A stretch of 64,000 nucleotides of DNA from assembly GCF_021028975.2 (NCBI RefSeq), contig NC_059428.1, positions 123,256,001 to 123,320,000 on the forward strand. The letters are read 5' to 3'. Positions 37,556-50,938 of this stretch are shown here, one piece after another (position 1 is the first letter of the stretch; the number at the start of each line of letters is the position of its first letter). The notes beneath the pieces are model-generated. The model saw only the letters and a list, made by a program, of their open reading frames with translations. It did not search any database and had not been told where the DNA came from. Position numbers and translations under genes: made by a program. Source of the DNA: Sphaerodactylus townsendi (lineage: Eukaryota).

Positions 37556-38060
37556 CAGTGCAGGGCTGCGCCAGCAGGTTTACCCTCCACAGGACACTTG
37601 CCTCGGTGAAGGGGTGGATCCACCAGCAGGTGGCCACTGCAGCCCTCCACAGCAGTGCGGCGTGGTGCTGAATGCCGCACCAGCATCTCTTCACCTGGGG
37701 TGAGGCCAGAGGAGGAGACAGGGGCACAATGCCCATTGGGCAAAGTGGGCAGTCACCCAGGATGCCCCCTTGTGGCGGGTGCCAAAAATGCAGGGTTCAT
37801 TTGTGGGTTGTTTTTTTTTGTATTTTAGTGGGTTTTCTGGTTTTGGCCAGCAGGGGGCGCAGTTTTTAGGTTAGCAGCACCAAAATTTCAGGGATGTTTT
37901 GAAAGACTCTCCTGATGCTATCACTCCAGTTTGCCTAGATACGCCACTGGGCATAGCTACAAGGGGGCCGGGGGGTGCACATTGCACCGGGCACACGTGT
38001 GGGTGGCGGCATCAAACTGAGGTTTTGCCCAGGGCTCCAGTTTGCCTAGTTTTGCCACTG
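37556..38060. mobile_element. GC-rich Tip100-like hAT composite or tandem pair
   Basis: Two right ends ctccagtttgcctag...gccactg (~37924-37949 and 38035-38060); shares sequence with 1666-2239. The left boundary is uncertain. Confidence 0.55.
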
Positions 38061-39574
38061 GGAGGAGCCGACAGTATTTGGTTTCCACCGGCCATTGTTT
38101 TTGTTATGCTGGCAGATGGGGCTTTGGATTTCAATGGTGTAAATCCATTAAGCCCAATGGGGGCTTTCTGGCAGCTGGCAGCCTTTTCTGTGTTCTTTGC
38201 CTCCCCACGCCACTGGAGAGCCCCCTTGTGAGCGGCAGGGCAGTGCGGCCTTTGGATGGGGCTGCCCTTCTTTCTATGCACCTTTTAAATTACCTTTTGC
38301 TTCACTTGCTATTGACCCAAAGCGTAAGAGCATTGTCGTGTATGGGATATTGCAAGCAGAATCTGTAAGTTAGCATGTTTTTCTGTTTTCTTTCAACATC
38401 TGTTAATTTTTAATTGGGATCATTATTATTCGTCTAATCAAAACCAGAACAATAAAAAAAAAACAACTGCTATGGCACCGAGTAATGAAAAAAGATAGTC
38501 TTTTGAGCTGAAAACCTTTGGGGTTTCTCAAAAGCATTCCTAAAGCTAATCCATATGTAGATTGTAATGCAGTTCTCGCTGGCTGGGCTACTAACACATT
38601 TGAACACCATGCAGTCTCACAACCCCCTTGCTCAAGGACACTTTATTGCCTCCCTGACAATAAGTTAATTGTTTCATTTCAATCTGTTGCCTGGATTTAA
38701 TATTTCTATTTCCCCAACAGAGCTGTAAATCCCAACTGCATCCCTTCCCACTTAGTCTGAGCACTCCAACGAACACCCACACAAGACATCCACTTGACAC
38801 GTTGCCTGCGTCTGGAAAGTTACGTCTTCTGTTGGATTGAACAATAGCAAGATTGTCGCCTGCTTTGCGTTTGTTCACATTTCAAATGCAAATGAAAGAG
38901 TCCAGTGCAATCAGCATTGGGGGAAGGGACGTCTGTTAATTAAATGGAGAAGGAACTGGGCCTTAACCCTCTCCCCAAGATGGTGGTTAGTAACTGGGAA
39001 CCTCTAGTTGAATCTAGGCCCCAAATTACTGGCTAACCACAACTGTCAACTGCTCTGATCATTAGCTCTCTCTTCAGAAACCAGAAGTCTATTTGTCCCT
39101 TCTCCCCACATGCTAGTAATTAACACTGTGGTTCTTGTCAGCCATGCCTACCAATATGTACGTTTAATTAAATTAATTAACTGAAACCACTTTTCACCCA
39201 CCTTTCCCCTGTTTTGCAAGGCTCCGGACACCTTACACATTTAAAATCATACACACTTCAAATCCGCAATACAGCAGTGTGTAACACATTGATCCAACGA
39301 TGGTTACTAAAGTATCTCTCAACTGGAAGGAAGCCCCATGGTTCCCATCAATCACACATCTCAACAGTTCTGTCACAGTTCAACTCACCAGGACAGTTCT
39401 ATAACTTGTGGAGGCCATTCTTACAATATCCAGAAAAAGATGCCAAAGTGTGGTAAAAAATTACAAAGGATGGTAAGTTAAAAAAAGTGTTAATGTTTGG
39501 AGGTGAAGCCCCAGTGCTATCTGGAAAGAAGACTTTTTGCTGTAGTTGTTAAGAAGAAGGAAGAGGAGGAGGAG

Positions 39575-39860
39575 GCGGCGTTCAGATTTATACACCACCT
39601 TTTTCTCCCAAAGGACACTCAAGGCAGCTTACAAACACCTTTCCTTTCCTCTTCCCACAACAGACACCTTTTGAGGTAGGTGGGGTTGAGAGAGAACCGT
39701 GACTGGCCCATAGTCACCCAGAAGCTTCATGTGTAGGAGTGAAGAAACAAATCCAGTTCACCAGATAAGAGCCTGCCACTCATGTGGAAGAGCAGGGAAT
39801 CAAACTCATTTCTATAGATTAAAGTTCACCTGCTCTTAACCGCTACACCACGTTGGTTCT
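39575..39860 (-). mobile_element. Squam3-like SINE
   Basis: Full body; purine-repeat tail at 39551-39575. Confidence 0.85.
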
Positions 39861-40050
39861 CAAGTACCTTGAATTGAAAGTACCACCAATACAAAGATTT
39901 CGGAATTGGAAATGTCAGTGCTTATTGTGCATGTCAGATCTTCCTGGGTTGGATCCTCCATTGAACTGTTGTGGGAACTGATAATGTTGGCACTATGATG
40001 GATGTTGCCACTGGCTCTGCACATGGCTGCCACTGCTTAGATGCACTTCA

Positions 40051-40250
40051 TAGGATTGCCAACTCTGGTTTGGGAAATTCCTGGAGATTTTAGAAATGGA
40101 GCCTGGGGAGGGTGAGTTTTGGGGAGGGACAGGACCTCAGCAGGAGATCATGTCTTCTGAAGCTTCCATTTTCTCCAGGGGAACTGATCTCTGTAGATCA
40201 ATTGTAATTCCAGGGGATCTCCAGGCCCCACCCGAAAGTTGTAACCTTAC
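40051..40250. mobile_element. TAGGGTTGCCA-type hAT MITE (copies also at ~37316-37500, 43486-43703, 44610-44810, 46130-46275, 46845-47050, 52320-52510, 58020-58222, 58360-58550)
   Basis: Shared core gggaaattcctggagattt...ccattttctccaggggaactgatctctgtag...ccacctggagg with taggg(t/a)tgcca-type termini. Confidence 0.8.
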
Positions 40251-41899
40251 ATTTTAGCCATGTGGCCAAAGTATTTTGCAAGGGCATTATATTGGAATAC
40301 TGAACCTGGCTATGTGCAAAGTGAGATGAAAACAAACACACTCTTCTGTCTTATGTCTCGCCTTTCATTGCCTAGGATAAGATTCCACTATTAGCTAGAG
40401 ATATTTTTTTGAAAAAAAATCCTGTTTGATTTGGGGTATATTAGACCTGCAAAACCCCTAACACACTAAGCCAAGTTTGTTTTCATTCACTCACATTTCC
40501 TAGCTTTGCTCTACTTGGCTGGCTGGGCAACCGTCGGTTAAGTGAATGTCAGTTAGACTTGGTGTATGTGTATCTGTGTGTAATATGTATAGGTTTATCC
40601 TGGAAACAGGTATTTTGTATCCATTCTTGCTTGTCCTTTTGGGCCACTGAACTATAAAAGGCCCTTGTAAAAACCTCCTAGACAAATAGGGCATTTTCTG
40701 ATGTGATACCCCCCCCCCCCCGCCATCCCGCCCCTTGCACTATATGGAATATTAACAGAAAGAAGCCAATAACAAAGTTCAGCCTGACAAATGTCAATAG
40801 CGAAACTGGTCCCTCGATAAGCCCTATAAATCCTACCGTGCTGGTTGCTGTTTAATCTTTACATACAGGTGCACCTCAAGGTTATCTCCTTGGGTAGGCT
40901 TTTGAAATTTGTCATCCGCTCAGTCTTTTATCAGCAAAAAAGAAAAAAGTATTTCCCCTTGTAACTTTTATTGCTGCCCCTTTTCTACATTTCTCAAACA
41001 GGAGGCCATACTACAGGAGGGGCTTTGCTATAGCTGTTAGAAGCCATCATCTCTCCATCCATCTTATTGGGAGGGGGCAACACCTGACCTCAGCAAATGT
41101 GCATTCTTGAACTGCCATTGGCTGAAGAGATGCAAAAGCAGGAGGTGGGGCCTCATTGGTGTGGGCTGGCCCCTCTGTCACCTTTCATTTCAATGGGGTT
41201 CATGCAAATGCATATCCCAGCGGCTGCTACCCTTTGCCTTTGTTTCACTATATACTGGGATTTGCCTCTAGACCCACCCCCACGTCCACCTTGTCCTTGT
41301 CCTTGATGTTTTGATTGCTTTTTACAGTTCTACTCCTGCCATATAGGCTATATGCTCTTGAACTGTAAGTTAATCACACATTCCACGTTTACACATAATG
41401 AGTCTCCAACGTCAGTTTCAGGAGCTTGCTGAAGCTCCTGAGGACAATAAATGGAAGCATCCATCTGTTTAGGTACAGCCACCAGCCCTTCGAGTTTGCA
41501 CCCGTCTGCGTCTTCCAAACTGCAGTGTTCTTTCTCTTTAAAAAAAATCAAAACCTTTTCCCCAAATGATGGTCAGTCAGTGTGAATATGAAGCCACTTC
41601 AGAACAGAAAGCAGTAAGAGTCAGAGAGGCAGTCTCCCCAAAAGCGGACAAAAACAGTAGGTAGTGAAGTTTGTCCATAGGACAGTCCCGTAACAAAAGG
41701 TATGCAATTGAGACCGTTTATTGAGACCAACCAAAATGACATGACCCAACTTTCAAGCCTTCAAGATCTCCAAAATTCTTGGTTAGGCTGGTGACTTTTT
41801 TAAAAGAAGTATCTGAAGTGGAAGAATTAGAATCCAGCTATGCCAGGTCTGCTCTAACACTGGTGAGCAAGTGGAATGTAACTGTGTGACACTGTACAT

Positions 41900-42177
41900 C
41901 AGGGTCCCTAATGTGGGACTGTGGCCACCATAGTGCCTGCCGGTGCCTTTTCTGGTATCCCCAAGTGTTTTTAGGAAGTGGGTGGGGCAAGGTACAGCTT
42001 TTGCCCAGCAAGGCTTCTGATTGGAGATTTGAATGACTGTGCAAAGTTTTTTTCAAAGGATCTGTACTGTGTTACTGAAGTTAAGTTGTGGCTGGCACAA
42101 CCTCTTGCAGCAGCCATTTTATGGCTGCACTCAGCATGCTGTGCCATCCATAGGCTCAAAAAGGTTGGAGACCCCTG
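41900..42177. mobile_element. Old Charlie-like hAT element (related pieces at ~47230-47360 and 56245-56540)
   Basis: cagggtccctaa ... aaggttggagacccctg; shared ttctgattgg and cagccatttt motifs. Confidence 0.6.
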
Positions 42178-45156
42178 CTGTGTGTTCCCAGCATCTAATT
42201 TTAACTGTCTGCTCACTGGTCCAACACCCAGCCAGTTTATGGATCTTTATCATGCCACTTTCACAAATACATACTGTCTGAGGGCCCAATTTAAAGTAGA
42301 AGCTGAGGACACGAAATTTACCTTTGCGCACCGACAATATGATTAAATCAGGCCAAGAACACACAGTCTGCCCAATGTCACTCTAGTCTGGTTGAATAGA
42401 TACCCTGTTGAACTCTATTTTTGGTGACTCCCACAGAGGGGTGATTTGCTCTGATGGCTACTTTGCAGCAGCAACAGAGTCTCTAGGAAGGGTTTTTAGC
42501 ACGCTTACCCAGCATGCCATGCCAGTCCTTTCTGTTGCCTTCAGTGGGTGTTTTGCTATCTTTTTTAAAAAAAATCAACACTAAAGTGAAAAAATGACCC
42601 AAACCAACTTGTGACCAAGGAAGCAGGAAGAATGGCACCAGATGTGCCTCACTTTTTCACCCACCCTCTCTCCAAAACTGCTCTGAGATGCTGAGTACAG
42701 GTATTTTCAGGAAACGTCTACAAAAGCAAGTTTGGGAAATTGCAGAGTAAAGCAGGGGAAACCCAGAAGCTGGGTGACTCCACAGTGCCATGGTGCATTA
42801 TTTGTAGGGAGGGATGCAAACGCATGTGGAAACAACCTTTCATGACACAGTCACTGGTCATTTAAACATGCAGGACTTATGGCTGTTTGTTTCGCAATGG
42901 TTTTTTCCCCCATGGTTTTTAAAATTTAAATAGGGGATTCTCCTACTGCAAAGTGTCCCCAGTCAAGCTGATCTTCCATTTTGCTTGCCCCCCACTTCTT
43001 GGTTCTGTTTGTGCAGCCCCCGTCTGGGGAGGTTGCTTGCTGCCTTTTTAAGGGGCAGGGGGTGTCGTCTTTGGTCTAGTGTTAATTTGATAGCTCTTGT
43101 CAGGTCAATTTCAAGGATTTATTACTCAAATGATAGACCCTCAGCATGAAAAAAAAGCAAACAAACAGTGCTTTCGATCCTTCTGAAGTAATGCCCAGAA
43201 GAGCCAGAAGAAATGCTGTCATGTGGGCAGGGAAAGCCAGGAAGAGCGAGAAAACCCTTAAAAAGCAAAACACATGTTGATTCTCTGATCTGAGGCGTGG
43301 TGAGTTTTGGACAGGGGAAAACGTATGCGAAAATCCAACCCAAAGGGAATGAATACTCAAAGCAAAGGAGACCACAAGTGCATAAATGGCCATTGTCTTC
43401 CTGTCTGTACCTTAACGGTGAGAACAGCTTTCAAGGAAGCCACATTGAGTTGCTTAATTAAATGATCAAAAATAATCCTTTCAGTAAGGGTGCCAGCTCA
43501 TGGTTGAGAAATTCTTGGAGATTTGAGGGTGGACTCTGGAAAAGTTGTAGTTTGAGGACTGGGGAGACCTCACCAGGCTATAATGCCATGAAGTCCACCT
43601 GCCAAACCAGCCATTTTCTCAAGGGAGACCAAACTCTCTTGTCTGGAGATCAGGTGTAGTTCTGAGTGATCTCCATGCCCCACCTGGATTTTGTCAGCCC
43701 CAGCAGGGCGCCGGATGCAGGCCATGACCATGCACAAGTATGTCAGTGCTATCCTAAGCCATGTTATACTCTTCCAAGATGAGTAGGGTATAACTCTGTC
43801 GCTTCAATGGACTTAAGCTGGATGTCACCTTGCTTAGAATGGCAATGTGCATGCCCCAAGCCACAGGCAAATCCATCAGTCCAAAATTTAAGTCTGCAGT
43901 TTATAGACTGGAAATAAAGTTCATAATCATTTTTTAAGCATTGAAAAAGATATGGGGAAAGTGGGAGTTTGTAGAATGTGTGTACCCTGGGGCCCTATTA
44001 ACTATGTTGGTGAAGAAACAGCTGAGAAATTCCTCCACCTGCACCGCTGGCTCTTGTAAGAGGGATTTACGTTGCTCCCTCCTGACAGACCTCCCGTGTA
44101 GCGTAAAGTCTGGTTTTTAAAAACTTGGGAGGCATAACATCTCAACAAGCTGAAAAACATCTACGAGGTCACCTAGGGATTCTGGAATCATTTGTTTATT
44201 CTGCTTTTGGACAGTTGCATCCAAGAATACCCTCTTAATTCAATAACTCTCCTGTTCCTCTTCTTTTGTCTGGATCGGAATCATCACGACCTCTACTTGT
44301 GAAGTCCTCTTTTGTTGTCTACCGAGCTTGCTTCAAAACCACGAGCACATTTTTCCCCTTGAATCAACTAAGCTAAAACAATATAATAGGAGAGCTGGAT
44401 CTGCAAGATAATGGACCAATCAAGTCAAAAGTAAGCATTTAAAAGCTGTACCAACTCAATCAATTTCTAACAATTGCTAAGTGCTGCCAAGTCACAACTG
44501 ATGTTCGATGATCCCTTGTGGTGTCTTCAAGGCAGACAGAGATGGTTCCCCATCACTTTCCTCAATTTCTGCTCTACCAGGAAGTCCTCAAGACCATATA
44601 GTGGAGCTGCAAACTACAGTTTGGAAATCTCTTGAAAATTTGAGTGAGGAGGGTGGCATCTCAGGAGGAGAGGGGACTCAGCTGGGTGTAATGCCGTAAA
44701 GTCCACCACTGAAGGAGGGCTTTTCTCCACGGGAACTGATCCCTGTAGTCTGGAGATCAATTATGATTCTGAGGGATCTCCAGGTCCCACCTGGAGATTT
44801 TCAACCCTACTATGTAAGAAAGTATTTAAGACATCTTCAAAGTCAAATGCACAGATTGGAAAATGTGTAAATGGAGCATCTATGTTCAGGGGAGGCATTC
44901 CTGCAAATGTCAGTTATAATGGAGAAGCAAAACAAACAAAAGATAGGTATAGTCTATCCCAAGCATCCTGATAATTTCAAAATGACTATGCCTGGACGAC
45001 AATAATAACTTTAATGCAACGAGTGTTATGGCCCTTTAATATCTCAGTTCAAGCAAGTGCAATTTAAACAATGGAAACAGTTTATTTTACTTATTTGATT
45101 TGATTTATATCCCGCCCTATCCCCGCAGGGCTCAGGGTTTACACAGTTCGAATAAT

Positions 45157-45893
45157 GTGAAAAAGGCAAACTCTACGCTGGGGATAATTAGGAAAAGAAT
45201 TGATAATAAAACTGCAAAGATTGTCATGCCCTTATATAAAGCAGTGGTGCGACCGCACTTGGAGTACTGTGTTCAGTTCTGGTCACCACATCTCAAAAAG
45301 GATATCAAAGAGATAGAAAAAGTGCAGAGAAGGGCAACAAGGATGATTGAGGGATTGGAGCACCTTCCTTATGAAGAGAGGCTGTAGCATTTAGGACTAT
45401 TTAGTTTGGAGAGGAGACGTCTGAGGGGGGATATGATTGAAGTCTATAAAATTATGCATGGGGTAGAAAATGTTGACAGAGAGACATTTTTCTCTCTTTC
45501 TCACAATACTAGAACCAGGGGGCATACATTGAAAATGCTGGGGGAAGAATTAGGACTAATAAAAGGAAACATTTCTTCACACAACATGTGATTGGTGTTT
45601 GGAATATGCTGCCGCAGGAGGTGGTGATGGCCTCTAACCTGGATAGCTTTAAAAAGGGCTTGGACAGATTTATGGAGAAGTCGATCTATGGCTACCAATC
45701 TTGATCCTCCTTGATCTGAGATTGCAAATGCCTTAGCAGACCAGGTGCTTGGGAGCAGCAGCAGCAGAAGGCCATTGCTTTCACATCCTGCATGTGAGCT
45801 CCCAAAGGCATCTGGTGGGTAACTGTGAGTAGCAGAGTGCTGGACTAGATGGACTCTGGTCTGATCCAGCAGGCTCTTTCTTATGTTCTTATG
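45157..45893 (+). mobile_element. 5'-truncated CR1 LINE (ORF2 C-terminus and 3' UTR)
   Basis: KKANSTLGIIRK..LYKAVVRPHLEYCVQFWSPHLKKDI..EKVQRRATRMI..YEERL*HLGLFSLERRRLRGDMIEVYKI; tail (TTCTTATG)2. Confidence 0.95.
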
Positions 45894-48279
45894 ATGTAAA
45901 CATGCAAGTAGATCATTGATTATAACCTGGTGTCCCTCAAACTCAGATCTGGTGTCTTTCAAAGAAACATCATCCAAATGAGGATCATGTTGGCATCGCT
46001 TATTTTGTTCAAACTATGTATATTGTTTCCATTAGTTGTAAGGGAGGAACAGTCGGGTTCCACGCTTGCTTTCAGGCTGTGTTTGTAGAATTATTAGCAC
46101 ATTGTTCCCCCGCATTGTACTAGAGTTGAAAACTCAGGATTGAGAGATTCCTGGATATTTGTGGGGGGGGGGGGGAGTCTGGGGAGAGACCTCTGTGGGG
46201 TATAATGTCATAGAGTCCACCATCCAGAGCAGTCTTTTCTTTTCCAGGGGAACTGCTGTTTTAAGTCTGGAGATCAGAAACTGTAGATTTGTTCTAAAGC
46301 CTTTATTCCAAAAGATGCGAAGGGCAACAATGTAAAGAGGAATCTGAGCCCCTCGCTCAGATCCATCACCTATATCCCCCTGCCCCCCCCTCCACCCATA
46401 GCCAAATGGCCTCTACAATTTCCACTACATTTCCACTACAAAGTACTGCAAGCTTGGGAACAGGTCACACTCCTTTGGAGACTCTTTCTGTGTCCGGGAA
46501 GTCCTGGGGCTACAGGCGAGGGGGACAGCACCGGACATCTTCAAAGTAACAAGCAGTAAAACATTCCCCCCTTGCCATGCCCCCCCCCCATCTGCACAGA
46601 CAGGCTCAGTCCTGACAATCTCCAAATCCCACCTGTAGTTTGGCAACCTTACATAGCACCCAGGGTTTTATGGTGCCTAAAGATGACATGCAAAGGGTCT
46701 TGAAATGAATTTTAAGATTAACTGGTAGGTTCTGTACCTCTTTGCCAACTGACTGACTAGAAAAGTACTAAGCTTATCTCAGGTGAGTATGTACATCCTC
46801 TCTTGTGTCTCTGCAGTTGTTAGTTATGTTTACCAACCCTCAGTTAGGATTACCAACTCTGGCTTTGGAAAGTCCTGGAGATTTGGGGACAGCACTTTGG
46901 AGGAGGCAAGAGCTATTATTAGGGGATGTGATGTCACAGAGGCCATGCTCTGAAGCTACCATTTCCTCCACGGGACTAATGTAGTACTGAGATCAGTTGA
47001 AATTCTGTGAGGACTCCGGTCCCCTGCTTGATATTAGTAGCCCTACAGGAATAATACAGGAAGCCCTAACTTCCATTTCTATGAGACTGAAACCAAGCAC
47101 TATCCAGTCCCTGAAGCAAAGAGCTAACTCCATTTTTCCTCTGCCTTCTAGAAGCAGGAAGGGTTTGGAAAGACCTTTGCAGTTACACAGATTGCCCATT
47201 TCAAGGTGACTGTCATAGGAGGATGTTGGCTTTCAACCTTCCAACATTTTGTGATTGGCCCACCCACACAACAGCCATTTCATGGCCCTTGTGGCAGCCA
47301 TTTTGTGGTGGTTCCTTCTACACATTTGCAAATTTTCCAGTGCAAACAAGCTTAACAATGTCCTAGAATCATATAGTTGGCTACTGCAGGAAATAAGGTA
47401 GTGATCTAACAGATCTTTCATTTGATCCATAAGGTGCAGGCTGAGCCAGACAACTGGCAGGAGAGTTGAGGAAAAGACATGGGGGTGGGGGCAACATTGC
47501 AAATGTTTAAGCATGATGATAACACTTCCAGAGAAAACTCAGAAGTGATATTGGTAGGTCTAGAAATCACCTATGATTCCTAGAGCTACTGTCGTTGCTT
47601 CTAGTGTTTTCCCAGAAGTGATGTCCTCACAATTGTGATGTCAAAGCGGTTGAAAAAAAACTTTCCCCCCAGAGGTGGAAAATGGTCTAATAAATTAAAA
47701 GTCTAACAAATTCCTGATGTCTTGTCAAACATGCTATAAAGCAAAGATTAATCAACACGAAGGGCTGACTGCATCAAATTCGTAATCTTGAATAATTGCT
47801 ACATACTTACCCTACAAGTGTTCCTAATGAATCTCAGGTTCTATCTCTAATAATCAATGGCAAACAAATATAACTAATATTGTTGTGGTTAACAATCAAG
47901 TGAGTTGAAGTGACTTTAAGATATACGCTTTTACATTATGTAGAGATACGTACACATGTGGTTGCAGAGATGACTGTGTTACTAAATTGGAGGCGAATAC
48001 CATGTCCAGTTATCATAAAAATTAACACTATTATTTTTCATTATCTAGGCATTTTCCAATAACAAATATTCATAGTATAGTATTTAAACATTTATTGACA
48101 GCAAGTCACAACATACATAGATTAGCATGAGGCCCCTGTTCTTGTGGGGCCCCCGGGCAACTACCCAGCATGCCCATGCATTAAGACCTCAAATTATATC
48201 TGAGGTCACTAAAAGAACTTGTTAGTGTAATTTTGGAGCCTTGGTCCATTGTTTTTAAGAATTCTTCGAGGACAAGTGA

Positions 48280-49505
48280 AGAGCTACATCAACAGAAGTA
48301 TACTGTCCAGATCATGCAAAGTGACAATATCATTTTACTCTGTGCTTGGAGTTCAGTTTTGGCCACCACAGCTTAAGAAGGATGTTGATAAGCTCATATG
48401 CGTCCAGAGGAGAGCCACAAAGAATGTGAGAGGTCTGCAGATCAAATCCTATGAAGAAAGGTAGAAGGAACTGGATGTGTTTAGCCTGGAGAGGAAGACT
48501 ACTGAAAGGTGATCAAGAATTTGAAGGACTGTCATATAGATGGTGGAGCAGAGTTGTTTTCTATTGCCCAAGAAGGTTGGATTAGAACCAATAGGTTGAA
48601 ATTAAATCAAAATTGTTTTCAGCTAAACATCTGAAGAACTTCCTGACAGAGTGGTTCTTCAGTGCAGAAGGTTTCCTTGGGAAATGCTGGTCTCTCCTTC
48701 AATAAAAGGTTTTGAGCACAGGCTATGGCCATCTGACAGGAATACTGACTGACTCACTGTAAATCAGGCATCTCATGAGATGGAGAGAGCAGGAAAGGAT
48801 GAGCCAGTGCTTGGCTCCCGAGGCCCTTTGGCCCCTTCCACATGAGCCAATAAATGTGGGCTAACCTCAGTTTAAACCCTTTGTTGGGGAGAAATTCACA
48901 CAGATCCTGCTCCTAATACAAGTCCATTCCACGTTTCCCCTCCCTCCCTCCCTCCCTTCCTCCCTCCCACACACACTCAGCAGCCAAGCAAAGGGCTGCC
49001 CCCAGAAGCGCTTTCCTTGGCTGCGCTTCCCTTTTTTTTAGTCCCTGCCTCTCTGCTGCAAAGCTACAGTGGGGCACAGGGACAGTAGCATGGCTGTGGA
49101 GGTCCATGCCTGCCAGACTTTATAGTTACGCAGCAAAGGGAGGTGAGTGCGGGGAAAAAAGCACCCCCTTGTGAAGGCGCGTGCCCCGGCCAAGGTGCTC
49201 TCTGATCAAGGGACACCCAGAGATCCAAAAAGCCTGGGGCCATGACAGGTTCATTTATCTTGCCTGCAACCCACTTTACATTTGCTGTGTGGAAAGGGCT
49301 TTTGTTATATTCCAGAGTAATGACAGTCGCCATTCTGGGGTCAGGAAGGAATCTTCCACTAGGCCAGCCTGAACAAGGGATACTGGAGCATTTTTTTGGC
49401 CTTTCTCTGGACATAGAGTAGGGGTCACTGGGGAAAGAGGGACAGTAGCTCCACTGTGCAGAGGGTTGGACTAGATAACCCTTCAGGTCCCTTCAAGAAC
49501 TATGT
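48280..49505 (+). mobile_element. Older CR1 LINE 3' fragment, interrupted
   Basis: INRSILSRS..VQFWPPQLKKDVDKLICVQRRATK..SYEER; 3' end agagggttggactagataacccttcaggtcccttc. Confidence 0.85.
48830..49300. mobile_element. Harbinger-like element nested in CR1
   Basis: ttt|ggccccttccaca ... tgtggaaagggct|ttt, giving a 3-bp TSD. Confidence 0.7.
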
Positions 49506-50692
49506 TGGTATGAATCCTCCCCTCAACTGGGAATTATGCAGTCCTGAGCTAAGCTTTTGTATGTTCTCAGCAGCCAAGCAAAAGATGCAGTCAAAATAAA
49601 ATCCCCAGTTGGGCCCCACGAAAAGGCTTGTGGGGTTCTGAACAAGCATAAGAATGAAAAGTAGTCTTCTGTAGGGAGGAAAGTCCACCCCTGCGGAACC
49701 ACCCCAGAAAAGACACAATTTGCCGCCTCTGTGGTGACATCATATCACTTTTTAAAAAAGAACAAAAATGTGTTTTTTCTTCAAAAACACACAAACTTTT
49801 AAAGTTCTTTACTGTCTGAACAAAAAATGGGAATATAGTTACGCATCTGCCCCTTCAAGCAACTCCATTGAGAGGGTCAGATGTTAAATAAGCTGAATCT
49901 CTGCGAAGAATTTCCTAAACATCCCAGTGAGTCATGGAAAAGAATTGTGACACATGATTTAGGATGTAATCACTGTAAGAAGAATTAATCTGGGCAGGAT
50001 GTTGATTCTGATGATTAAAAATTGCCTCACTGAAGGAATATTAAGCCTTTAATATTTTTTTTTACAACAGTGATCTTTGATCAATATAAACGTTTTGACT
50101 TGATTTGAATAATGACTCTGGTGGATGAGAGAGCGAGAGAGATCTCTTCAAAGATTTTGCAGGATGGCACAAGCTTCACAAAAGAAGCAGGGATAACCAA
50201 GGCAACACCTGATGAAGTCACATTCTCCCAGTAAGATGGCATAAGAGATAATATAAAACTACCATAAGAATGGATCACCAAGCACGTAGCCGCAATCCAG
50301 CCCCATTTTGAGAATGCAACATAACGGACGTATTAATAGCAGAGGCAGCCAAACTACATCGTCGGGAAATATACATATTTGTGAAGAATCCTGGCATTGG
50401 CGTTCTAGTTGGCCATTATTCATAGGGTTGCTGTGAGAAGTCGCTATCTTTTCATATGCACATACATCTGCATGTACATGTGTTTTTCATGGGTAACCCA
50501 CTTCACAGAGGTGTCAGGAGGCCATATCAGCATCTCATCTTTATTTGGAGATGTTTCCTCTAGGGCTTCACAGTTAAAGGAGATGCCCCCTGGGAGTTCT
50601 TGGCTAACCTTTTATGTGAGAACACTGCCTCATGTTGCTAATTGGAACCGCAGTGATTCCTGCCTTTTGGTCCGCTTTATGTAATCTATTTA

Positions 50693-50938
50693 AAGCATAA
50701 GCATAAGCATAGAATACGCATTTATTGTCATTGTGCACGCACAACGAAATTTACAGCAGCATTCCTCGATGCACACAATTTCAGACTCATACCCCATCCT
50801 CACTTTCCCCTTCCTCCACCCATCCCTACACAGCCCCAAACACATCAACACGAAGCCACGGAGTTTAGCATAGCCACAGCTCTAGAGTAGAAGCTGTATC
50901 TGAGCCTCTTTGTCCTAGTTTTGATAGACCTGTATCGT
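50693..50938 (-). mobile_element. Rex1/Babar-clade LINE 3' end
   Basis: Minus strand 50937-50845 encodes RYRSIKTRTKRLRYSFYSRAVAMLNSVASC*; the 3' end is caatgacaataaa plus an (ATGCTT)n tail. Confidence 0.8.

Noticed and set aside
45100-45591. Functional reverse-transcriptase gene
   Set aside because: 5'-truncated CR1 with an in-frame stop and a frameshift; the RT core is absent.
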